A stretch of DNA of 64,000 nt from an uncultured Gemmatimonadota bacterium (GTDB lineage Bacteria; GCA-2686955). The stretch covers positions 1 to 64,000 of the forward strand of contig CAZBBK010000013.1 in the NCBI GenBank assembly GCA_964490075.1, written 5' to 3'. Shown piece by piece: positions 42,163 through 52,001 of the stretch (positions are counted from its first letter, which is position 1; each line of letters opens with the position of its first letter). Made by a program: the position numbers and the translations under genes. Under the pieces are notes generated by a model. It did not search any database and had not been told where the DNA came from. It saw only the letters and a list, made by a program, of their open reading frames with translations.

Positions 42163-42885
42163 CAGCGTGTGCAGCACCGCCAGCTGCTTCGATTCCCAGG
42201 GCAGGCGGGTGAGCACCTCGGCCAGGTCGCGCTCGATGCGCACCCGCCGCCCTTCGGGGCAGCGCAGCAGCCGCATGGTGCGGTCGAGGTGTTCGAGAAC
42301 ATCGCCGAGCTCGTCGCGCGCGGCCGGGGGCGAAGGGTGCTTGCGTCCCGCCAGGAGCGGCGGGTCGAGCGCCGAGTAGATCTCGTGTCCGACCAGCAGC
42401 ACGCTCTGGGCCAGGTTCAGCACCGGATACTGGTCGGCGCAGGGGATCGCCACGTGATGCGAGGCCAGGCTCAGCTCCTCGGCACTGAGCCCGTTGTCCT
42501 CGCGCCCGAAGAGGATGGCCGCGGTGGCGGGGGGGCGAGCGGCCTCGATCATCAGCGGCGCCGCCTCGCGGATCGGCACCAGGCCGTAAGAGCGGGTCGG
42601 CCGCCGCGGCACCGTCGCCATCACCGTGCCCCGGTCGGCGAGGGCCTCCTCCAGCGTGTCGAAGACCGCCGCCGTCCCCAGAATCGCCTCGGTTCCCACC
42701 GCCACCGCTCGCGCCGAGCGCCCCAGGTGGTTGCAGCGCGGCGTCACCAGGCGCAGATCGGAGAGCCCGCAGTTCATCATCGCCCGCGACACCGCCCCGA
42801 CGTTCTCCGGCACCCGCGGTTCCACCAACACGATCGCCAGTCCGGGCAGCAGCGGTGTGGGCAGCTTGCGCGGGTCGCGCGTCAT
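42091..42885 (-). CDS. trmJ: TrmJ/LasT-family SPOUT RNA methyltransferase
   Basis: IVLVEPRVPENVGAVSRAMMNCG, LFGREDNGL, VLNLAQSV. Confidence 0.85.
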   Translation of the reverse strand: MTRDPRKLPTPLLPGLAIVLVEPRVPENVGAVSRAMMNCGLSDLRLVTPRCNHLGRSARAVAVGTEAILGTAAVFDTLEEALADRGTVMATVPRRPTRSYGLVPIREAAPLMIEAARPPATAAILFGREDNGLSAEELSLASHHVAIPCADQYPVLNLAQSVLLVGHEIYSALDPPLLAGRKHPSPPAARDELGDVLEHLDRTMRLLRCPEGRRVRIERDLAEVLTRLPWESKQLAVLHTLLHIFDVYHLKRKWLEEEDGGDTA

Positions 42886-42946
42886 CGGCCGGCCCCCGAA
42901 CAGACCAGGGGCCCCGGCGGACCGCGCCGAAGCCCCTGGAACGAGA

Positions 42947-43023
42947 TGGCACACCCGCAGGGATTCGAACCCCGAACCTCCTGATCCGTAGTCAGGTGCT
43001 CTATCCAATTGAGCCACGGGTGC
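42947..43023 (-). tRNA. tRNA-Arg(ACG)
   Basis: GCACCCG acceptor, anticodon loop CTACGGA, GTTCGAATC, encoded CCA. Confidence 0.97.
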
Positions 43024-43109
43024 ATGCGATAGCCCTCAAGGCTACGCACGGGCCGGCGGAGAAGTCAAGAATCGGCTGATTCGGGCCCCCTCTTCGCCCG
43101 CCACACCGA

Positions 43110-43138
43110 TTGACAGCGAACCCCCAAACGCCTATAAT
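43110..43138 (+). promoter_or_regulatory. Consensus sigma70 promoter
   Basis: TTGACA-17nt-TATAAT, perfect match. Confidence 0.9.
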
Positions 43139-43190
43139 ATCGTGCGCTTGTAGAGAATTGAGCCCCCACTCCTGGATTGAGAGTACCAGC

Positions 43191-45173
43191 ATGAAAAGCC
43201 TCTGGCTCCCGCTGCCCATCGCCCTTTCGCTCATCACGCCGGCCCAGTCGGTGGAGCGAATCGTGCTGGCGGAGATGTTCACCAACAACAGCTGACCCTC
43301 CTGCCCCGAAGCCAACCGTGAGTTGGACGATCTGATCGAAGCCCATCCCGATCGCCTGAAGGTGATCCGTTACCACATGTCGTGGCCTGGTCCCTTCGAC
43401 CCCTTCTACCTGGCCAACACCGAAGAGAATGACGCCCGCAGGTCGTACTACGGCCTGAACTTCGTGCCCAATCTGTGGTACGACGGCGTCGCGAACCCCG
43501 GCGCCCAGGTCGCCATGTATGAATCATGGCTGCTGACGCGTCTCGCCAACGAGAGCTCGATGATCGTCGACACGGCCATCGACAACGCCTACCTGTCGGT
43601 CGACCTGGAAGCGGTCGACGCGGTTGCGGGCGATCTGAAACTGATGGCGGTGATCGTCGAGAACCAGGCCCAGGACGGAGCCAAGCTCTACGACCAGGTC
43701 ATGCGTCGCTTCATCGGCGGCACCAGCGGCCTCGGTTTCACGATCAGCGAGGGGGAGAGCCAGTCGTATCTGTTCGACTTCGACGTCGATCCGAGCTGGA
43801 ACCCCGACAATCTCGAAATCGTCGTCTTCGTGCAGAGTGTTGCGACCAAAGAGGTGATCCAGGCCGACGCCACGGCGATCGGCTTCGCCATGCCCAAGCT
43901 GGCCCTGCTGGGCGCGGAGGTGGACGACGGCGCCGGCGGTGACGGCGACGGCCGTCTGGAGGCGGGCGAGAGCGCCGACCTGATCGTCACCCTGGAAAAT
44001 ATGACTCCATGGGCCGACGCCAGCGACATCGAGATCGTGCTCGACAGCGACGATCCCGACCTGACCATCACCGATGCGAGCGCCACGATCCCGGCGATCG
44101 TTTCCGGCGGCAGCGAATCGAGCACGGTCGATCCGATCGGCGTCGAGCTCGCGTCGGGGGCGAGCCCGCATAATGCGCTGCTCGATTTCACCATCACCGC
44201 CAATGGCGGCACTTTCCAGCGCACGGCGCAGCTCTCGATGCTGATGGGACATCCGGAGCTGCTCCTGGTCGACGACGACGGCGGCGGCGATACGCAGGCA
44301 GCCTACACCGCGACCCTGGACAGTCTGGAGAAGGTCTACGAGCACTGGGACCTCAGCGTCGCGGGGCTGCCGGCGGGCGATTTCTACCAGTCCGCGAAGA
44401 ACGTGATCTGGTTCACCGGCGAGGTCGAGGAGGGCGGCTTCACGGCCGACGAGCTCACCTTCTTGCAACAGATTTTCGACTCGAAGCGCGGCCTCTATTT
44501 GTCGGGATTGGCAAACGCTGAAGGCCTGAGCCAGACCCAGCTGCTCGCGGAGCTCTTCGGGGCCGAAGCGCTTGCCGCGGGTGGTGGGCCCGTCATCGAA
44601 GGCGAGCCTGGTGATGCCATCGGTGATTCGCTGCTCATACTGCTGGATCACGATCCCGTGATCGCCGAGGTGGTGGTGCCGACCGGATCGGGTGTCGCGA
44701 TGATGCACTATCTGCCGGGCGGAGAAGGCGCGGGCGTCCACAATCAGAGCGGCGGCAAACGATCGGTCTTCACCGCCTTCGATTTCTCCGTGGTCGGCGC
44801 GGAACATCGTCCGCTCTTGATGAGCAGGATCCTGGACTGGTTCGAGCAGACGACGGGCGTCGCCGAGGGCGAAGACGCGCCGCCGGCTCCGCTGGCGGGT
44901 GTCACTCTGCGCAACACGCCCAATCCCTTCAACCCCACGACCAAGATCGCCTTCACCTTGCCGCGGGCGGCGCCGGTCGAGCTCTCGATCTACGATCTCC
45001 GCGGACAGCGGGTGATCACGCTGCTCGACGAGGAGCGGCCCGCCGGCGCGCACGCCGTGGCCTGGACGGGAGAGAACAGCCGGGGTGTCGGCGTGGCCAG
45101 CGGTGTGTATGTGCTGCGCATGGAGGCCGAAGGGTTCGGCTCGACGGACCGGAGGATGGTGCTGTTGAAGTAG
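43191..45173 (+). CDS. Probable selenoprotein: Omp28-like thioredoxin fold (UxxC) with Ig-like and FlgD-Ig C-terminal domains, 660 aa
   Basis: Signal peptide, then LAEMFTNNS-TGA(43293-43295)-PSCPEA in frame with ORF 43323..45173; TGA aligns to the first Cys of the paralogs' CxxC. Confidence 0.8.
43312..43326 (+). promoter_or_regulatory. Candidate bacterial SECIS apical hairpin
   Basis: CCAAC-CGTGA-GTTGG starting 16 nt after the UGA, G early in the loop. Confidence 0.55.
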
Positions 45174-45595
45174 AGGGGGGGCCGGCTCGGCGGGCGGCGT
45201 GTTCGTGGGCGGGCGACCAGTCGCGTCGCTCGCGACGCTGGAGCGCGCTCGTCGGGTCCCCTCGCGCTGCTCTTCTCCGAAATCCGTCGTCCCCTGCCGT
45301 CCGATACGGACGCTCGGCAGCTCCAGAGACAGACGGACTTCGACGTCGAGCGGGCTGCTCGCCAAAGCTCGTGCGCGCCCGGCGCCCCGCTGCGAAGGGC
45401 ATCAGCGTGAATGACGCCGCCAACAGGGCGTGGCGCTGCGCCTCCGGAGGGATTACCCTGAGCCGCAGGATGCCGAGGAGGCGGAGATGACCTTCCCTCT
45501 TTGGCAAGCCCTCGAGATAGAGTGAATCGGCCGGAGCGCCTTCGCGGATAGGACAGGCCTCTGAGCGCGATGGGAACCGAGAACGGAGAGGTAGG

Positions 45596-46408
45596 ATGAG
45601 GAAGTCCGCCAGCATTGCTGTCGCCGTGGCTATCGCGGGAACGAGCGGAGCACAGGAGATCGTTCTCAACTTCGATGAGCTGGGCCTTCCGCACGGCACC
45701 GAGCTCACGGATCAGTACTCCGACTTGGGTGTGATCTTCTCGCCCCTGTACGGCGTGATCGAGATCAGGGACGCGTCCTGGCCGCTTTTCCCGGCCGAGC
45801 CCCAGGGGGCCGCCGAGATCCCGTACTTCACTTCCGTGATCATCGTGGACTTCGAGGCACCCGCGGGTCGCGCCGGAGCGTGGATCGACTTCGGGGAAGT
45901 CGGTCAAGGCGTGCAACTCGAGGCCTTCGACGGTCCGATGGGGAGCGGAGAGCTGCTGGCCATCGCCACCACACGCAGCCAAGAGCTCCTCGCCGTCGAG
46001 GTCGAGGGCATTCGAAGTGTGGTGTTCAGCAATGTGTCTGACTGGGATGACACGGCCTATCTGATCGACAACTTCACCTTTGAGCCCGAAGCGACGCTGG
46101 AGCTGTACGGACCGATACCGGGAGTCGCGGGCGCCTTGAATCGATTCGAGATTCACGGTGCAACCCCCGGCTCCTACTCCTTCCTGGCGTGGGCTCTGCG
46201 CGCGGGAACGACCGAAGTCCCCACTTGTCCAAATCTGGCCCTGGATCTCCAGAGCCCGACAGCGGTCGCAGGCCAGGCTGATTCCGAAGGGGTGGTCAAC
46301 ATCATCTGCTATGTACGCCCCGAGGCGGCCGAATGGCGGGTTCTGTTCCAGGCTATCGATCCCAGGGCCTGCTTGAAGAGCCCAAGGCACGAACACCGTT
46401 TCGAATAG
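45596..46408 (+). CDS. Secreted hypothetical protein
   Basis: Signal peptide; LNFDEL..GTELTDQYSDLGVIF..IDNFTF domain plus GATPG...FQAID..C C-terminal module. Confidence 0.78.
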   Translation: MRKSASIAVAVAIAGTSGAQEIVLNFDELGLPHGTELTDQYSDLGVIFSPLYGVIEIRDASWPLFPAEPQGAAEIPYFTSVIIVDFEAPAGRAGAWIDFGEVGQGVQLEAFDGPMGSGELLAIATTRSQELLAVEVEGIRSVVFSNVSDWDDTAYLIDNFTFEPEATLELYGPIPGVAGALNRFEIHGATPGSYSFLAWALRAGTTEVPTCPNLALDLQSPTAVAGQADSEGVVNIICYVRPEAAEWRVLFQAIDPRACLKSPRHEHRFE

Positions 46409-46450
46409 CGCGAAGGGCCGCTCGCTCGCCCGCTATTTTTGGTGTCCGGT

Positions 46451-46619
46451 GCCTGGCTGCCCGAGGCGCCGAAGCTGATCGAGCACGGCGCCGACTGCGG
46501 CCTGAGCCGCCTCAGGCGCGCGAATTGACCGAAAAGCGGTCAGGAAAGCCGCCTGAGCCGCCTCAGGCTCCCAGATCGACCGCCCAGAGCCCCAAATGCC
46601 CTCCTGAGGCATGTCAGGT
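46451..46619. repeat. 18-bp palindromic repeats with a 51-bp period
   Basis: GCCTGAGCCGCCTCAGGC at 46500 and 46551; degenerate copies at 46602 and about 46451. Confidence 0.7.
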
Positions 46620-46730
46620 GCCCGAAATGACCGTTTTGCAGATTCCCCCGCCTCGGGCGCGGGGTCGGGGCCGGGATTGGACCCGGGATCGCGGACGCTA
46701 TGTCGGAACCTCAGCGCGGGCGGAGCCCCT

Positions 46731-46759
46731 TTGACAACCTCGAAAAGCACTGCTATATG
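46731..46759 (+). promoter_or_regulatory. Putative sigma70 promoter of phoH operon
   Basis: TTGACA-17nt-TATATG with extended -10 TG. Confidence 0.55.
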
Positions 46760-46849
46760 TAGAACATAGGGTATCTGTGACCTGCCCTGGCGTTGGAGAA
46801 ACGAACAACGCTCAGGGCACCATAGAGTTACGCACGACCCCGAGGAGAG

Positions 46850-47911
46850 TTGATTCTGTCGAACGACCCGTCTACCGATGAGCGCCCCGGCTCACCCGAA
46901 GCCGCCCTGTCCGCTCCGCGGATCGCCATAATCCCACTGCGCTCGGTGCCGCCCCTCGAAGTCCTCGGCAGCCGCGACATCTACCTCAAACAGATCAATT
47001 CCGAGTTCGGCGCTCGGGTCTCGGCGCGCGGCGACGAGATCCTGGTGCAGGGGGCCGAGCAGGACGTGTCGGAGGTGGAGAGCGTCGTCGAGCATCTGAT
47101 CGAGCTGGTGTCGACGGGCACGCCCCTTTCGCGCCAGCGCGTGCGCTACGCGATCGAGATGGTCCGCGACCAGCGGGCCCCCGAGCTCTCGCAGCTGGTG
47201 ACTCCCTCGGAGCCGCTGCGACCCACCTCGGGCGCCGGTACGGTGGTGCCGAAGACCGTCAACCAGCAGGCCTATGTCGATGCGATCCGTGCCCACGACA
47301 TCGCCCTCGGAATCGGTCCGGCGGGAACCGGAAAGACTTACTTGGCGGTCGCTTGCGCCGTCGAAGCCCTGACTCGCAAAGAGGTCGATCGGATCATCCT
47401 CACGCGGCCCGCGGTAGAGGCCGGCGAGTCGCTCGGCTACCTGCCCGGCGACCTGCGCGACAAGGTCGATCCCTATCTGCGACCGCTCTATGATGCGCTC
47501 GGCGTGATGATGCCGATGGAGCGGGTCAATCGTTTGATGGAAAATGGCACCATCGAGGTCGTGCCGCTGGCCTACATGCGCGGCCGCACCCTGAACCGCT
47601 GCTTCATCATCCTCGACGAAGGCCAGAACGCGACTCGACTGCAGGTCAAGATGTTCCTCACGCGGCTCGGAAGCGCCGCCAAGGCGGTGATCACCGGTGA
47701 TATCACTCAGGTCGACCTGGCCGACCGCAGCAAGTCAGGACTGATTCATGCCCGCACCATCCTGGCCGACATTCCCGGCATCGCGATCGTGGAGTTCGCC
47801 GACGGCGACGTGGTCAGGCATGCGCTGGTGCGGCGCATTCTGGGCGCCTACGAGCGTGACGAGCAGGGTGAGGACAGCCAGCTCTCTGGGCTCACGGAGT
47901 TCGATGACTGA
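46850..47911 (+). CDS. phoH: PhoH-family protein (YbeZ-like)
   Basis: GPAGTGKTYLA, LTRPAVEAGE, PLAYMRGRT, TGDITQVDL. Confidence 0.95.
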   Translation: MILSNDPSTDERPGSPEAALSAPRIAIIPLRSVPPLEVLGSRDIYLKQINSEFGARVSARGDEILVQGAEQDVSEVESVVEHLIELVSTGTPLSRQRVRYAIEMVRDQRAPELSQLVTPSEPLRPTSGAGTVVPKTVNQQAYVDAIRAHDIALGIGPAGTGKTYLAVACAVEALTRKEVDRIILTRPAVEAGESLGYLPGDLRDKVDPYLRPLYDALGVMMPMERVNRLMENGTIEVVPLAYMRGRTLNRCFIILDEGQNATRLQVKMFLTRLGSAAKAVITGDITQVDLADRSKSGLIHARTILADIPGIAIVEFADGDVVRHALVRRILGAYERDEQGEDSQLSGLTEFDD

Positions 47912-47947
47912 CCGGGCCGCTCGTCCGGCCGGTCCGGAACCCCCCTT

Positions 47948-50215
47948 ATGACAAGCCGATCCAAACCGCCAAAACCGGTGCGGCGGACGGCGGGTGCACG
48001 ACGCGCCGGCCAGCCCGCCGCGCCCCGGACTATCTGGGCCTCCCTGGGAATCGCCGTGGCGGTGGTCGCCCTGCTGGTATCGGTGCACCCCCATGCGGGC
48101 AACCTCAAGGTGCAGCCGGTCTTCGCCGCCGGCGAGGTGGCCGACCGCGAGGTGATCGCCAGCGCCGACTTCGCGGTCGAGCGCGACGCTCACGCCCTGG
48201 CAGCGGAGCGCGAAGCGGCCCGCTCGGCGGCGCCGGTGGTGCTCATCCACCGCGAAAGCGTCGAGATCGAGCGGCGCGCGGTCCTCGACGCCTTCTACGA
48301 CGACATCGGCGGGGGCGAGACCGAGCCCGACGAGCTCGCCCAGCGCTGGAGCTTCGGCCTCTCCGGCGCGCAGCTGACCCGCTTCGCCGGGGACGACCAG
48401 CGGGCGCGACGGCTACGGCGGCAGGTCGATCGCCTGGTTCAGCGGCTCTTCGAGCTGGGCGTCGCCAGCGAGGGCTTCGATCCGACCGAGCGACCGGTGG
48501 CCATCCGTCGCTCCGGACGCGAAACGATGGTGGATCGCGAGAGCGTGCTGCGCGCGGATCGGCTGATCGACGACGTCGCCCTCCGCGCCGAGCAGCTCAG
48601 CCCCGACCCGGCGGAGCAGCACCTGGTCGCCACCCTGGTCAGCGCGGTCGTGGAGCCGAACCTGATCATGGACGGCGAGGAGTCGGAGCGGCGCGCGCGG
48701 GTGGCCGAGGCGGCGGTCACGCCGACCATCGCCCAGGTGCGAGCCGGCGAGCGCATCGTGCGCGCCCACGAGGTCGTGACACCTTTGCAGGCGAGCAAGC
48801 TGCTGGCCTATCGTCGAGCCACGACCGGGCCCTCGTCGTCGGCGACACTGCTGGAGCGCCTGCACGCGATTCTGATCAACGCCGGGGTCTTCGCGCTGCT
48901 GGTGGCGTGCGTCGGAGCCTATGTGTGGCGTTATCGCCCCGATCTGGCCGGCGATCTGCGCAAGGAGCTGTTGCTGGGGATATTGATCCTGCTCGCTGCA
49001 CTCCCTTCCTCGTTGGTCGTCGTCGCCGACTTCCTCGAAGACGTATCGGCTCCGGTGATGATCGGGGCCGTGCTCGCCACGATTTTGGTGGACGCACAGG
49101 TCGCCATCGTGGTCGCGGTGATCACCGTGTTCATCGTTGCTTCCTACGGCGGCAGCTCGGCGCATTTCTCGCTGATCGCGCTGATCGTGTCGCTGGCGAC
49201 GGTGTTCGCGCTCAACACGATTCGCAAACGGTCCGCCTACTACCGGTCAATACTGGCGGTGATCGGGGTGGGCATCGTCGCGGTGCTCTTCGCCGACCAG
49301 GTGCACGGTGTTGCGTTGCAGAGGACCGCCGAGCGCATCGCCACGCAGAGCGGCGCCGTGGTGATTTCGTTCATGGTGGCACTCTTCCTGCTGCCGGCTT
49401 TCGAGCGTTTCTCCGGCCTGACCACCGATCTGACTCTGAACGAGTACTCCGATCTCAATCATCCCCTGCTGCGCCAGCTCGCGGTGCGGGCACCGGGCAC
49501 TTTTCATCATTCGATGATGATGGCCAACCTGGCCGAGGCCGCCGCCACAGCCATCGCCGCCAACCCACTGCTGGCCCGGGTCGGCGCTTACTATCACGAC
49601 ATCGGCAAGATGGCGAAGCCCGAGTACTTCATCGAGAATCAGTTCGGAACGGTCAACAAGCATGACGGTCTGGCTCCTTCGATGTCGGTGCTGGTGATTC
49701 AAAACCACGTCAAGGAGGGGATCGAGATGGCGCGCCAGCACCGCATTCCCCAGGCCATCATCGACTTCGTCCCGGAGCACCACGGCACCAGCGTCATCTC
49801 CTACTTCTACAACAAGGCGGCGGCGTCGGATTCGCGCAACGAAGTGCGCATGGATGACTATCGCTACCCCGGTCCCAAGCCACACAGTCGCGAAACGGCG
49901 ATCGTGATGATCGCCGACACGGTCGAGGCGGCGTCGCGATCGCTCGACGATCCCACTTCGTTGCGCTTGGAGAAAATGGTTCAGAAGGCGATCCGCGACA
50001 AGTTTACCAGCGGGCAGCTCGACAACTCCGGTCTCACGCTCGACGATCTACGGCGCATCGGCCAGGCCTTCCTGCCGATTCTGATGGGCGCCTTCCACCA
50101 GCGCATCAGCTATCCCGAGCCGGTCGACCCCGGTGCCGAACCCGACGAGACCGAGCAGGATATCGGTGCCCCGGGACCGGGCGGCGGCGCGAGCGCCGGT
50201 GAAGGGGCGTCGTGA
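47948..50215 (+). CDS. 7TM-HD phosphohydrolase (PgpH/YqfF-like)
   Basis: Extracytoplasmic domain, 7 TM, APGTFHHS, YYHDIGK, EHHGT, IADTVEAA. Confidence 0.92.
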   Translation: MTSRSKPPKPVRRTAGARRAGQPAAPRTIWASLGIAVAVVALLVSVHPHAGNLKVQPVFAAGEVADREVIASADFAVERDAHALAAEREAARSAAPVVLIHRESVEIERRAVLDAFYDDIGGGETEPDELAQRWSFGLSGAQLTRFAGDDQRARRLRRQVDRLVQRLFELGVASEGFDPTERPVAIRRSGRETMVDRESVLRADRLIDDVALRAEQLSPDPAEQHLVATLVSAVVEPNLIMDGEESERRARVAEAAVTPTIAQVRAGERIVRAHEVVTPLQASKLLAYRRATTGPSSSATLLERLHAILINAGVFALLVACVGAYVWRYRPDLAGDLRKELLLGILILLAALPSSLVVVADFLEDVSAPVMIGAVLATILVDAQVAIVVAVITVFIVASYGGSSAHFSLIALIVSLATVFALNTIRKRSAYYRSILAVIGVGIVAVLFADQVHGVALQRTAERIATQSGAVVISFMVALFLLPAFERFSGLTTDLTLNEYSDLNHPLLRQLAVRAPGTFHHSMMMANLAEAAATAIAANPLLARVGAYYHDIGKMAKPEYFIENQFGTVNKHDGLAPSMSVLVIQNHVKEGIEMARQHRIPQAIIDFVPEHHGTSVISYFYNKAAASDSRNEVRMDDYRYPGPKPHSRETAIVMIADTVEAASRSLDDPTSLRLEKMVQKAIRDKFTSGQLDNSGLTLDDLRRIGQAFLPILMGAFHQRISYPEPVDPGAEPDETEQDIGAPGPGGGASAGEGAS

Positions 50216-50667
50216 TGACGATCCACCTGGCCGACGACGCACCCGACTGCGTCGCCGCCCTCGATCAGGAACGGATCGGCAGCGCGCTGCGCCTGGTGCT
50301 GGAGAGCGAGCAAAGCGATCCGCGGCATACGATCGACGCGATACTGGCGGGCGACCCCCTGGTGGCCGAGCTCAACCAGCGATTCCGCGGCAAGGAGGGG
50401 CCGACCGACGTGCTTTCGTTCGCGCTGCCGGAGAGCCCGGTTGGCGCGCCGGCGGAGATCTTGCTGGGGGAGATCTACGTGTCGCTCGAGACCGCGGAGC
50501 GACAGGCGGATGCCCGCGGGATCGCGCTCGGCGACGAGGTGGCGCGGCTGGTGATTCACGGCGCGTTGCACCTGCTCGGTTACGATCACCGAAACGACGC
50601 CGAGGCCGAGGTGATGGAGCCCTTGGAAGATCGTTACTGGAACGACTGGAGAGGGGCGGTCGATTGA
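50212..50667 (+). CDS. ybeY: Endoribonuclease YbeY
   Basis: LNQRFRGKEGPTDVLSF, HGALHLLGYDH. Confidence 0.95.
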   Translation: MMTIHLADDAPDCVAALDQERIGSALRLVLESEQSDPRHTIDAILAGDPLVAELNQRFRGKEGPTDVLSFALPESPVGAPAEILLGEIYVSLETAERQADARGIALGDEVARLVIHGALHLLGYDHRNDAEAEVMEPLEDRYWNDWRGAVD

Positions 50668-52001
50668 CCGAGCTGACACCATTTCTGATCGGCGGCGGCG
50701 CGGTGCTGGTGCTGCTCTTTCTCAGTGCGGTGTTCAGCGGCTCGGAGACTGCGATCATCTCGCTGCCGGCATCGGAGGTGGACGACCTTCCCGATCAGGA
50801 GGGGGCGCGCGGCATCGCGATCGCCGAGCTGCACGACGATCCGACCCGCTTCCTGGTCGGTGTGTTGCTCGGCAACACTTTGGTCAACGTGGCGGCGGTG
50901 TCGGCGGCGGTCGGTCTGGCGTTGTCGATGTGCGAGATCGCTCACCTGCCCCCCTGGGTGGCGGTGCTGGCGACCGTCGTGATCATGCCGCTCGCGCTCC
51001 TGGTATTCGGAGAGGTCACGCCCAAGTCGATGGCCTTCTCCACCCCGCGGCGTTTCGCGCTGGCGGGCGCGCCCCTGATACGCGCCTTCTTCCGCCTTTG
51101 CTCGCCGGTGATCACCATGCTGCACCGGCTGACCCGGCTCGGCCGCTTCTCCGGCGGCCCTTCGCCCCTGAAATCCCCCGAGGAGATCCGCGCGCTGCTC
51201 AAAGTGAGCGACGAGGAAGGACTGATCGACTCCGACGAGCGCGAGCTGATCGGCTCTGCGGTCGAGCTGGCGGAGACCTGCGCTCGCGAGATCATGGTGC
51301 CGCGCCCGGATATGACGGCGATCGAGGTCTCCAGCTCGCACGCCGAGGCTCTCGATCTGATCGAGTCGGCCGGTCTCTCCAGGCTGCCGGTGTACCGCGA
51401 GACCGTTGACCAGATCATCGGCGTGCTGCACGCCAAGGACCTCTTGCAGTTCATCCATCGCGAAGATCAGTTCGTGCTGGAGCGGGTCCTGCGCCAGGCC
51501 TTCTTCGTGCCCGAGGCGATGAACACCATCGATCTGTTGCAGGCCATGAAGGGGTGGCATACGCAGATGGCCGTGGTGGTCGACGAGTACGGTGGCACCT
51601 CGGGGCTGATTGCGCTGGAGGACATTCTCGAGGAGCTGGTCGGCGAGATCTGGGACGAGCACGACGAGGAGGAGGTGCTGCACGAGAGGATCGACGAGCA
51701 TACGCTGGTGGTCGACGGCCGGATGAGCGTGGCCGATCTCTCCGAGCTGATCGAGGTCGATCTCGAGGGCGAGACCTATGAGACGGTGGGGGGGCTGATC
51801 CTCGATCGCATCGGCGATATTCCGAAGGCGGGCCGGGTGCTGCGCGACCGTGGCATCGTCTTTGCCGTGGAAAAGGTCGTACGCAACAGAATCAGGACGG
51901 TGCGCGTGACCTTGCCGCGCCCGGCCGAGGCCCGGGCGACCGATGGTGCGCCCGAGCACGAACGATCTTCCGGCGAAGCCGCCACCGAGGAGGCATCGTG
52001 A
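50664..52001 (+). CDS. CNNM/CorC (hemolysin-family) CBS protein 1
   Basis: FSGSETA, LLGNTLVN, FGEVTPK, CBS pair, VDEYGGTSG; TTG start overlapping ybeY stop. Confidence 0.92.
   Translation: MTELTPFLIGGGAVLVLLFLSAVFSGSETAIISLPASEVDDLPDQEGARGIAIAELHDDPTRFLVGVLLGNTLVNVAAVSAAVGLALSMCEIAHLPPWVAVLATVVIMPLALLVFGEVTPKSMAFSTPRRFALAGAPLIRAFFRLCSPVITMLHRLTRLGRFSGGPSPLKSPEEIRALLKVSDEEGLIDSDERELIGSAVELAETCAREIMVPRPDMTAIEVSSSHAEALDLIESAGLSRLPVYRETVDQIIGVLHAKDLLQFIHREDQFVLERVLRQAFFVPEAMNTIDLLQAMKGWHTQMAVVVDEYGGTSGLIALEDILEELVGEIWDEHDEEEVLHERIDEHTLVVDGRMSVADLSELIEVDLEGETYETVGGLILDRIGDIPKAGRVLRDRGIVFAVEKVVRNRIRTVRVTLPRPAEARATDGAPEHERSSGEAATEEAS

Noticed and set aside
42886-43017. N-terminal extension of trmJ (ORF 42091..43017)
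   Set aside because: It is the translation of tRNA-Arg; the real start is probably ATG 42885
46451-46619. CRISPR array
   Set aside because: Repeat only 18 bp, two exact copies, no cas genes or clear leader; kept as an unexplained repeat
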